In this document: one piece after another, positions 1 to 7,356 of the stretch
Numbering within the stretch: the stretch's first letter is position 1
Layout of the letters: each line of letters opens with the position of its first letter
Source: Erysipelotrichaceae bacterium MTC7
GTDB taxonomy: Bacteria > Bacillota_I > Bacilli_A > Erysipelotrichales > Erysipelotrichaceae
Direction: 5' to 3'
DNA: 32,000 nt
Assembly: GCA_001695645.1 (NCBI GenBank)
Contig: LVZN01000016.1
Span: forward strand, 8,884-40,883
Position numbers and translations under genes: made by a program
Notes under the pieces: model-generated
The model's database searches: none
The model's input: the letters and a program-made list of their open reading frames with translations, nothing else
What the model was told of the DNA's origin: nothing

Positions 1-1005
1 AATCGTTTTATTAAGGAAACGTTAATTAACAACTCGCTTTTGATCTTTATGCTAATTGCAATTATTTATATTCAAATTCAAAGACCACAATTCTTAAGTC
101 GTGAGTCAATTATCAATATTGTTTCATTATCGGCATCGGCGATGCCTTTAGCCTTAGGGGTTGCTGGAGCAATCATCCTAACTGGAACCGATTTATCCGC
201 AGGACGCATTGTAGGATTAACCGCATGTATTTCTGCTTCATTGTTGCAAGCAGTGGATTATTCAAACAAAATGTTTCCAGACTTGCCAGCAATTCCAATT
301 ATCATTGTCTTCTTATTGGTTATTGCACTAGGAGCACTGATTGGATTTGTGAATGGTTTCTGTGTGTCTAAATTCTCATTGCACCCATTCATTGTGACAC
401 TAGCTACACAATTAATGGTGTATGGAGTCATTCTTATGTACCTTATGAATGGTGACAACAACGGCCAGTCCATATCCGGGTTATCAAGTGGATTTACCGA
501 GCTGACCAAAGGTAGTTTATTCAAAATTGGTGGAACACCGGTACCCAATTATGTATTGATGGCCATTGTTTTAACTGGTGTGATGTGGGTTGTTTGGAAT
601 AAAACAGCGTTTGGAAAGAACATGTTCGCTGTTGGGTCAAACCCAGAAGCTGCAAACGTTTCTGGAGTCAATGTTGCCTTAACGATTACACTAGTATTTA
701 CCTTAGCTGGAGCTTTGTATGCATTTTCAGGATTTATTGAAGCCGCACGTATTGGATCAAACTCTGCCAATACAGGATTGAACTATGAACTAGATGCGAT
801 TGCTGCTTGTGTTATTGGTGGTGTATCATTCGTTGGAGGGATTGGGAAAATCCGCGGAGTGGTACTTGGAGTTGTCCTCTTAAAACTGATTTTCGTTGGG
901 TTGAACTTCTTAAGTGTAAGTGTAAATATGATTTACATTATCAAAGGGTTAATTATCTTAGTTGCTTGTGCAATTGATATGCGTAAATATCTCGTACGAA
1001 AATAG
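1..1005 (+). CDS. mglC: Galactose/methyl-galactoside-type sugar ABC transporter permease (MglC-like), 5' end cut by the window edge
   Basis: Frame 1 is open from base 1 (NRFIKETLINNSLL precedes the tracked Met at 40), so the true start is upstream. The protein is multi-TM. Blocks TGTDLSAGR, WNKTAFGKNMFAVGSNPEAANVSGVNV and YELDAIAACVIGGVSFVGG are colinear with E. coli MglC as I recall it. Stop TAG at 1003-1005. Confidence 0.85.
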   Translation, partial: NRFIKETLINNSLLIFMLIAIIYIQIQRPQFLSRESIINIVSLSASAMPLALGVAGAIILTGTDLSAGRIVGLTACISASLLQAVDYSNKMFPDLPAIPIIIVFLLVIALGALIGFVNGFCVSKFSLHPFIVTLATQLMVYGVILMYLMNGDNNGQSISGLSSGFTELTKGSLFKIGGTPVPNYVLMAIVLTGVMWVVWNKTAFGKNMFAVGSNPEAANVSGVNVALTITLVFTLAGALYAFSGFIEAARIGSNSANTGLNYELDAIAACVIGGVSFVGGIGKIRGVVLGVVLLKLIFVGLNFLSVSVNMIYIIKGLIILVACAIDMRKYLVRK

Positions 1006-1013
1006 GAGGAACT

Positions 1014-1181
1014 ATGGAAAAAACAATCATTGAAACAACAGTAGAAATTAGTGAAGATAAACCACAGGTTACAAAAATTCAAGGGTTATATGATCGTGTG
1101 AACATTCCTGTCAAAGTGCTTGATCGTGTGATCTTTGGTGGCATTGGTCTAATCATTATGTTGATTCTTATTTCCTTATAG
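1014..1181 (+). CDS. Small tail-anchored membrane protein, 55 aa (below the ORF-track cutoff)
   Basis: AGGAGGA at 1004-1010 overlaps the mglC stop. ATG at 1014, 8 nt after that stop; TAG at 1179-1181. Translation: MEKTIIETTVEISEDKPQVTKIQGLYDRVNIPVKVLDRVIFGGIGLIIMLILISL, a polar N-terminal ~40 aa followed by one hydrophobic C-terminal helix. SD-to-ATG spacing is short (about 4 nt). Confidence 0.55.
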   Translation: MEKTIIETTVEISEDKPQVTKIQGLYDRVNIPVKVLDRVIFGGIGLIIMLILISL

Positions 1182-1196
1182 AAAGTTGAGCTATAT

Positions 1197-1586
1197 ATGG
1201 AAAAAGTAATTTATCAAAAACAACCAGAGATAGACTACGACAGTCTGGTTATGGTATTTCATCAAGGTGGAAAACGTTACTTCTCACATTCATTTATTTA
1301 TCATGGACGTGATGGAAAGTACTTACAATTCTTTTATAAAGATCCACTTCCTGAAGGTGATTTTCTGAAAGGATGGAATTATTTGGATGATCATTCCTTT
1401 CGTATCGTGATGGTTCCTGAACCTTCGCAAGCTGTGGCAATTGATGACTTTATTGCCGCACATAATCCAATCAGTCAAATCAATGCAATCGAAATTATTG
1501 AAATTGGTGGCTTTGATGAAATTGATGCGCTGTTGAAAGATCCAAGTATTGCCAGTCAAGAAATCATTTTCTTCGGTCGCAAATAA
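1197..1586 (+). CDS. Uncharacterised cytoplasmic protein, 129 aa (copy A; paralog of 4779..5168)
   Basis: Tracked ORF with no signal peptide or TM segment. It aligns without gaps to the ORF at 4779..5168 (about 77/129 identical by my manual count). I recognise no family motif. Confidence 0.75.
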   Translation: MEKVIYQKQPEIDYDSLVMVFHQGGKRYFSHSFIYHGRDGKYLQFFYKDPLPEGDFLKGWNYLDDHSFRIVMVPEPSQAVAIDDFIAAHNPISQINAIEIIEIGGFDEIDALLKDPSIASQEIIFFGRK

Positions 1587-1746
1587 GTTAATAATAAAGA
1601 TGGTGACATCTTATTATACTGGTGACATGGACAAGTGTTGCCAACAATCTTTACTTGTTTAGCGTTCAAGTTTCCTCTATCTTCATGGATAATCTCGACG
1701 GAATGCTAAACGAATACACACACACTTACATCTCTCTGTAAGTAAA

Positions 1747-1779
1747 GTTAGGATGCACTTGATGCATCCTAACTTTTTT
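1747..1779 (+). terminator. Rho-independent terminator
   Basis: Perfect 11-bp stem GTTAGGATGCA (1747-1757) / TGCATCCTAAC (1763-1773), 5-nt loop, then T6 (1774-1779). Confidence 0.85.
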
Positions 1780-1858
1780 ATCGTGATTTGATTCTTTTGA
1801 AAAGACTAGACGAAGGTTTGCTTTACGCGTATACTTTGAATGCAAACCAAAGAAAGAA

Positions 1859-3340
1859 ATGATAATGAATAAATTTACAAACTATGGCTTTGATCAAGAA
1901 ATCTTAACAGCAATTGATAAACTTGGATATGTACAGCCTACCAAGGTACAAGAAGAACTGTTTCCTGTAATTCTTAGCCAACAAGACGCCATTGTGAAAT
2001 CGCAAACAGGTAGTGGGAAAACCGCTGCTTTTGCCTTGCCAATTTTACAACAGTTGGATTGGAACATCCGTACACCACAAGTTTTGGTGCTTACACCAAC
2101 ACGAGAACTTGCTTTACAAATCAAAGATGACATGTTTCATTTGGGTAGATATAAGCGTATGAACGTACAAGCAGTATTTGGAAAGATGTCATTTGAAGGA
2201 CAACGCAAACAACTAGCACAACGTACACATGTTGTAGTAGGAACACCAGGAAGAGTATTGGATCACTTAATCCAACATACGCTTGATGTCAGTGAAGTTG
2301 CCTATTTGGTGATTGATGAAGCTGATGAAATGTTCACGATGGGATTTGAAGAAGAAATGCAAAAAATTCTAGAACGTTTACCAAAACAAAGACAAACGAT
2401 TTTATTGTCGGCAACTTTGGATGAACGTATTGAAACCTTGTGTCAACAGCAAATGCATCAGCCTGCTTTTATTGATGTTATTTCAAAGCGTAATGTCTTT
2501 GATGTGATTGAACAACAAGCATACGAAGCTGTGGGTGATAAGGATCAATTGTTGGAAGATGTCTTAATGAAGGAAAATCCTGATAGTGCCATTATCTTTT
2601 GCAATACGCAAGAGATGGTCAACCATGTGGCTAATGAAGTGATTGGTTATCCAGAAGCAACAAGGAAACTACATGGTGGGATGGATCAAAAAGATCGAAT
2701 TCAAGTAATCACAGATTTTAAACTGGGGTACTTTCGCTATTTGGTGGCAACAGATGTTGCTGCTCGTGGTCTTGATATTGAAAAAGTAGAACTTGTCATA
2801 AACTATGACGTTCCAAGTGATGTACAAACCTATGTTCATCGTATTGGACGAACAGGTCGTAAAGATCAACAAGGAAAAGCAATTACCTTAGTTACACCAA
2901 ACGAAATGGGAATGCTGCACAAACTTGAAAGTGAGTTAGCAATTACCCTATCGATGCAACCAACCATTACGGAAGGCATGCGTAAAACATATGAACAAGC
3001 ATTTGTAAGTAAACGTAGCCAAAACCGTACATTGGTTAAAGAAAAAAGTTTAGCATTTAAAGAGGATATTATGAAGTTGCATATCAACGCAGGTAAGAAA
3101 ACCAAGATGCGTCCGGGTGATGTGGTTGGTGCGATTACATCCATTGAAGGGATACTTGCAACAGATATTGGTGTTATTTCCATTGTAGATGTTTCGACGT
3201 TTGTTGAAATCTTAAATGGAAAAGGACAGCTTGTCTTTGATGCGCTTCAAGATTTACCCATCAAAGGCCGCATCCGCCGTATCAACAAAGCTAATGTTTC
3301 GCAATATGAAATTGATTACTACAACCAAGAAAACAAATAA
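1859..3340 (+). CDS. dbpA: ATP-dependent DEAD-box RNA helicase with a DbpA/YxiN-type C-terminal RNA-binding domain
   Basis: Q motif GYVQPTKVQ, motif I SQTGSGKT, Ia PTRELA, II DEAD, III SAT, VI HRIGRTGR. The C-terminal ~75 aa (MKLHINAGKKTKMRPGDVVGAI...FVEILNGKG...INKAN) closely resembles the B. subtilis YxiN RNA-binding domain as I recall it. ATG 1865 is an alternative start. Confidence 0.88.
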   Translation: MIMNKFTNYGFDQEILTAIDKLGYVQPTKVQEELFPVILSQQDAIVKSQTGSGKTAAFALPILQQLDWNIRTPQVLVLTPTRELALQIKDDMFHLGRYKRMNVQAVFGKMSFEGQRKQLAQRTHVVVGTPGRVLDHLIQHTLDVSEVAYLVIDEADEMFTMGFEEEMQKILERLPKQRQTILLSATLDERIETLCQQQMHQPAFIDVISKRNVFDVIEQQAYEAVGDKDQLLEDVLMKENPDSAIIFCNTQEMVNHVANEVIGYPEATRKLHGGMDQKDRIQVITDFKLGYFRYLVATDVAARGLDIEKVELVINYDVPSDVQTYVHRIGRTGRKDQQGKAITLVTPNEMGMLHKLESELAITLSMQPTITEGMRKTYEQAFVSKRSQNRTLVKEKSLAFKEDIMKLHINAGKKTKMRPGDVVGAITSIEGILATDIGVISIVDVSTFVEILNGKGQLVFDALQDLPIKGRIRRINKANVSQYEIDYYNQENK

Positions 3341-3344
3341 TAGT

Positions 3345-3380
3345 AAAGCATCGATTATATGTGTAGTCGATGCTTTTCTT
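3345..3380 (+). terminator. Rho-independent terminator after the helicase
   Basis: Stem AAAGCATCGA (3345-3354) / TCGATGCTTT (3367-3376), 12-nt loop, T-rich tail. Confidence 0.75.
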
Positions 3381-3532
3381 ATGCTGATACAATTCGTGTT
3401 TCTCATTTGTCTTTTCAAGAATAACTATTATAATTAATATGTAATAATGAATATTCGTGGACTGGTGTACATATAAAATTCTGTGTATTAAATTCAGTCA
3501 GTGTGTAGGTCAAATATTGACAAGGGGAAGCT

Positions 3533-4630
3533 ATGAAATTAAAAAACATTCTAAGTTTATGGATCGTTGGTGTCATGTGTATAGGGCTTGTTGGATGTAA
3601 AAGTGAAGAGAAAGAAACCACCAAGGAAGCCAGTGTACATGTATTCTATTATGATTATAACGATGTGTATGTATCAACTGTGCGTGAACATCTAGAAACG
3701 GATTTCCATAAGAAGCAGGTTGCTTTTACAGCTTATGATGCTACAGGAGAACAACAAGTTCAACTACAACAAGTAGATCGAGCAATTGAAGATGGCGCTA
3801 GTGTGCTTGTTGTGAATATTGTGGAAACCGGAAGTGACGATGCGGCATTAGCTATTATCGAAAAAGCGAAAGCAAAACAATTACCAGTTATTTTCTTCAA
3901 TCGTGAAGTCTCAGATGCTGTTGTTGCTGCATATGAAAACTGCGCATTTATTGGTACAGATGCAGCAGAAGCAGGAATCATGCAAGGACAAATGATCGGG
4001 GATCACTTATTAGAAAACTTTGAGCAATTTGATTTGAATCATGATGGGCAAATTTCATATACTTTGTTTAAAGGTCAAGAGGGAAATGAAGAGGCCATCT
4101 ACCGGACAAAATATGCAGTAGAGGAAGCCGATAAAAAGTTACATGCAGCAAATAAAAAACCATTGCTGTATTACGATTCATTAAACAGCAATAAATATCA
4201 AGTAGACCAAGATGGAACATGGTCAAAAGCAGCTGCAAAGTCGTATTTACAAGAAGCATTGCTTTCTTACAATGAAAGCAATGGTAAGATGATAGAACTT
4301 GTGATTTGTAATAACGATGACATGGCTTCTGGTGCGATTGAGGCCTTGCAAGAAGTTGGTTACAATCGTATTGGAGAAAATCGCAACATTCCAGTATATG
4401 GTGTAGATGCATCAAATACTGCAATAAAACTTATTGATGAAGGTATTATGGCTGGAACCATTAAACAAGATGCTGCAGGAATGGCAAAGTTGATAAGTTT
4501 TGCGACTAGCAATAGCACAAAGGGAAATACTGCATTTCAAGCAATCGATACTGTTGGTATCAAAGATTTAACCATCGATAAAAAAGTTGCAAAAGCACGC
4601 ATCCCATATGAAATGTTTTTTGGAAAATAA
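3533..4630 (+). CDS. Sugar ABC transporter substrate-binding lipoprotein, MglB-like (galactose/glucose-binding family)
   Basis: Signal peptide ending in the lipobox LVGC (Cys22). Blocks DLNHDGQISYTLFKGQEGNEEAIYRTKY and VICNNDDMASGAIEAL...IPVYGVDA are colinear with E. coli MglB (DLNKDGQIQF..., ANNDAMAMGAVEAL..PVFGVDA) from memory. No ATPase or permease gene follows it. Confidence 0.82.
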   Translation: MKLKNILSLWIVGVMCIGLVGCKSEEKETTKEASVHVFYYDYNDVYVSTVREHLETDFHKKQVAFTAYDATGEQQVQLQQVDRAIEDGASVLVVNIVETGSDDAALAIIEKAKAKQLPVIFFNREVSDAVVAAYENCAFIGTDAAEAGIMQGQMIGDHLLENFEQFDLNHDGQISYTLFKGQEGNEEAIYRTKYAVEEADKKLHAANKKPLLYYDSLNSNKYQVDQDGTWSKAAAKSYLQEALLSYNESNGKMIELVICNNDDMASGAIEALQEVGYNRIGENRNIPVYGVDASNTAIKLIDEGIMAGTIKQDAAGMAKLISFATSNSTKGNTAFQAIDTVGIKDLTIDKKVAKARIPYEMFFGK

Positions 4631-4635
4631 TACAA

Positions 4636-4668
4636 TAAAAAATGGTAGCTGTATTTGCTACTTTTTTT
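4636..4668 (+). terminator. Weak rho-independent terminator
   Basis: Short stem GTAGC (4645-4649) / GCTAC (4657-4661) flanked by an A-tract and T7 (4662-4668). The stem has only 5-6 bp. Confidence 0.45.
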
Positions 4669-4778
4669 CGTGACTGAAAGACTATGCTAGAAATATGAGC
4701 CAAGCAAGGGACAAACGTGTAAAAGTTCGTTAGAATGAAGGTGTACAATTACGTATGTAAGGAAGGGAAATTGAAAGT

Positions 4779-5168
4779 ATGAAAAAAACGATATACCAAA
4801 AACAACCAGATTTGAATTACAAAAGTTTAGTGATGGTATACTTCGATGGAGAAAATCGTTACATTGCCCACTCGTTTATTCATAACGGAAGGGAAGGAAA
4901 GTATTTATCTATCTTGTATAAAGATCCATTACCAACTGGAGATTTTATTGCTGGCTGGAATTATTTGGATGACAATTCATTTTCGATGGTCATGATTCCA
5001 GAAAAAAACCAAGAGATGGCTGTTGAAGATTTCTATGCTGCTTGGAATCCAGAAATGCTGGCACAAGGAATTGAAATTATTGAAGTTAAAGGGTTTGATG
5101 AAGTCAATCGTTTAATGACAGATCCAGAAATCAACGAACAAGAATTTGTGTTCTTTGGACGCAAATAA
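4779..5168 (+). CDS. Uncharacterised cytoplasmic protein, 129 aa (copy B; paralog of 1197..1586)
   Basis: Tracked ORF with SD AGGAAGGG upstream. Same length as copy A, with shared blocks IYQKQP, SLVMV, GKYL, YKDPLPxGDFxxGWNYLDDxSF, IEIIExxGFDE and QExxFFGRK. A possible own promoter lies upstream (GGGACA 4708-4713, 17 nt, TAGAAT 4731-4736). Confidence 0.75.
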   Translation: MKKTIYQKQPDLNYKSLVMVYFDGENRYIAHSFIHNGREGKYLSILYKDPLPTGDFIAGWNYLDDNSFSMVMIPEKNQEMAVEDFYAAWNPEMLAQGIEIIEVKGFDEVNRLMTDPEINEQEFVFFGRK

Positions 5169-5228
5169 CAACAAGAAGTTACATGAGGGGTATGCATTCC
5201 TTTCATATGAACGTGCTATTTGAATTCT

Positions 5229-5260
5229 AAGCCAAGTATGTTTGTACTTGGTTTTCTATT
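5229..5260 (+). terminator. Rho-independent terminator
   Basis: Stem CCAAGTA (5232-5238) / TACTTGG (5245-5251), 6-nt loop, T-rich tail. Confidence 0.65.
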
Positions 5261-5301
5261 TTGGTACAGGATAGTGTGGTATACTTTTTACAGGTGATAT
5301 T

Positions 5302-6360
5302 ATGAATAATGAATTTTTATTAATAGCTTTACTAGCACTGTTAATTGTGTTGCTTCTTGCAGTACTTTTTTTATTGTTGAAGCAAAACAAACACGATGAC
5401 CATGAGGAACTTGATCGCATGCAAAAACAATTGCTCGATTTTCAATTGGCCATTAGCCAAAGTGTACGTAACGATATGAATATGTTAAATGAAAACACAA
5501 CTGATAAATTAACTAAGATGCAACAAAGTTTGAATCAACAAGTGAACGTCTCTTTTGAATCAACAGGAAAAGTATTCCGTGAAGTTATGACACAAATCGG
5601 TAAAATCGATAAAACCCAGGAACAATTAACACTGCTATCCCATGACATTTCCAGCTTGCATAGCATTCTCAATGACAAGAAAACACGTGGGATGTATGGG
5701 GAAGTAGAACTATACAATATCTTAGAAAATGCATTTGGACTGGATTACACAAAGTATGACAAACAGTATAAATTGAGTAACAACCATATTGTGGATGCTA
5801 TTATCTATGGAAATGATGCGTTAGGTAAAATTCCTGTAGATTCTAAATTTCCTTTGGAAAACTTTAATCGATTGATGGATCCAGAGTTGTTGCAAGCACA
5901 GAAACAAGTTGTGTATAACCAATTCAAGAACGATGTTAAAAAGCACATTGATGCCATTCATACAAAGTATTTGATTAAAGATGAAACAAGTGAATTTGCA
6001 TATATGTTTATTCCAGCGGAAGCGATCTTTGCTTATATAACTGCAAATATGGATGAAGTTTTAACCTATGCTTATCAAAAACATGTATACCTTGTTTCGC
6101 CGACGACATTGATGGCATACATTACAGCAATTAAAGCTTTGTATTTGGGGCAACAAAAAAATGAAAAAATGCAAGAGATACAAACAGAACTGAATAAACT
6201 TGCTGTTGAGTTTGATCGCTTTCATGATCGCTATCAAAGTGTCGCGACGGACATGCAACGCACGCAAAAAGACATGCAAACTGTTTTAATTACAGCAGAG
6301 AAAATTGAAAAGCGTTTTCGTAAAATTGAAGCAGTTGAATTAGAGGAACAAGAACACTAA
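5302..6360 (+). CDS. rmuC: DNA recombination protein RmuC
   Basis: N-terminal TM helix and a long coiled-coil. Then RGMYGEVELYNILENAFG, VDAIIY..IPVDSKFPLENF, YMFIPAEAIF and VYLVSPTTL, blocks I associate with the RmuC family. Confidence 0.82.
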   Translation: MNNEFLLIALLALLIVLLLAVLFLLLKQNKHDDHEELDRMQKQLLDFQLAISQSVRNDMNMLNENTTDKLTKMQQSLNQQVNVSFESTGKVFREVMTQIGKIDKTQEQLTLLSHDISSLHSILNDKKTRGMYGEVELYNILENAFGLDYTKYDKQYKLSNNHIVDAIIYGNDALGKIPVDSKFPLENFNRLMDPELLQAQKQVVYNQFKNDVKKHIDAIHTKYLIKDETSEFAYMFIPAEAIFAYITANMDEVLTYAYQKHVYLVSPTTLMAYITAIKALYLGQQKNEKMQEIQTELNKLAVEFDRFHDRYQSVATDMQRTQKDMQTVLITAEKIEKRFRKIEAVELEEQEH

Positions 6361-6495
6361 CCAAAAATTCCGGTTCACCTTGAAAATCTTCCAATGTTTA
6401 CTAGAAAGAAGAAAAATCTTTGCAACTGCCGTATACTAAATGTAAGGAAAGAAGACTTAAGTGTTTGATAAGTCTTGCCAAATGGAGGTGATGCG

Positions 6496-6651
6496 ATGGT
6501 TAGCAAAGAAGTGAAAGCAATCAACCAAAGAAACATACAATTACAAAACAATATGAATAAAGGTTGGAGTATTGGACCGATAACCGTTGTATTGATGATG
6601 GTATTGTTTGCCATGTATATGGCAAGCTTTGGTTTTGGCTGGTGGGGCTAA
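6496..6651 (+). CDS. Small membrane protein, 51 aa (below the ORF-track cutoff)
   Basis: SD GGAGGTG at 6484-6490, ATG at 6496 (5-nt spacer), TAA at 6649-6651. Translation: MVSKEVKAINQRNIQLQNNMNKGWSIGPITVVLMMVLFAMYMASFGFGWWG, a polar N-terminus followed by one TM helix. A terminator hairpin follows at 6679-6710. Confidence 0.6.
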   Translation: MVSKEVKAINQRNIQLQNNMNKGWSIGPITVVLMMVLFAMYMASFGFGWWG

Positions 6652-6678
6652 TCTTACCCGAAAAGAAATTAAGATATG

Positions 6679-6710
6679 AGTGAGGGTCATTTTGATACCT
6701 CACTTTTCTT
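6679..6710 (+). terminator. Rho-independent terminator after the 51-aa ORF
   Basis: Stem AGTGAGG (6679-6685) / CCTCACT (6698-6704), 12-nt loop, then TTTTCTT. Confidence 0.6.
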
Positions 6711-6823
6711 ATACCATCGTTAACAAAACATGATGTTTTATTAGTATGTGAAGGCTTATCATATGAATAGATGCTAAGGTGTAACTCCGTGTAAACATAA
6801 TAAAAATATCTGAAACAAAAAGA

Positions 6824-6882
6824 TTGACATCATAGTTAAGTAGGTGTATTATTGCAATACTTAATAGTTAAGTAACTTAAGT
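6824..6882 (+). promoter_or_regulatory. Sigma-A-type promoter with candidate MarR operator palindromes
   Basis: TTGACA (6824-6829), 17-nt spacer, TATTAT (6847-6852). Downstream lie the inverted repeat TACTTAA-tag-TTAAGTA (6858-6874) and the palindrome ACTTAAGT (6875-6882). A further AGTTAAGTA copy sits at 6835-6843 in the spacer. Confidence 0.7.
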
Positions 6883-6897
6883 AATTGGGAGGTGACT

Positions 6898-7356
6898 ATG
6901 CCAAATAAGGATAGAGCAATACGATTTAGGGAATTAATGTATATGATGCGACGACTCAAACCACACGATGAGTGTTCGAAAGTTAAACACCAAGATATGA
7001 TGTTTATGAACGGAATTATGCGTGCTGGAAAAGGTGAACCGATTAAAGTCAGTCAAATCGCTAAAATGTTTCGTTTTAGTGCTCCTGCGGCAAGTCAAGT
7101 CGTACGTCGACTTGAAGAACGTGGATTTGTCGAACGAATCATTCGTGATGATGATCGACGTAGTGTCTACATTCAAGTGACGGATGATACAAAAAGGGAA
7201 CTACGTAGAATTGAAGATCAAATGAATCAACGGTTGGACCACATCCTTGATTATTTGGGTGATCATGATACGGAAGAATTGATGCGCATTATGGAAAAAG
7301 TCGTTCAATATATGGATGAAGAAGAGAAAGGAACTTTACATGATAAAAACGTTTAA
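6898..7356 (+). CDS. MarR-family transcriptional regulator
   Basis: Winged-helix region VSQIAKMFRFSAPAASQVVRRLEERGFVERIIRDDDRRSVYIQVT. I prefer ATG 6898 (SD GGGAGG at 6887-6892) to the tracked GTG 6892. Confidence 0.85.
   Translation: MPNKDRAIRFRELMYMMRRLKPHDECSKVKHQDMMFMNGIMRAGKGEPIKVSQIAKMFRFSAPAASQVVRRLEERGFVERIIRDDDRRSVYIQVTDDTKRELRRIEDQMNQRLDHILDYLGDHDTEELMRIMEKVVQYMDEEEKGTLHDKNV

Noticed and set aside
6375-6703. Two minus-strand tracked ORFs (6375..6614 and 6521..6703) in the rmuC-MarR gap.
   Set aside because: Neither has an SD or a recognisable product. The plus strand has a properly spaced GGAGGTG-ATG, a TM-containing 51-aa ORF and a terminator, which explains the open frames better.
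6725-6739. 15-bp palindrome AAAACATgATGTTTT between the small-ORF terminator and the MarR promoter.
   Set aside because: It is short, AT-rich and isolated. There is no adjacent promoter or U-tract, and such palindromes are expected by chance at this base composition.
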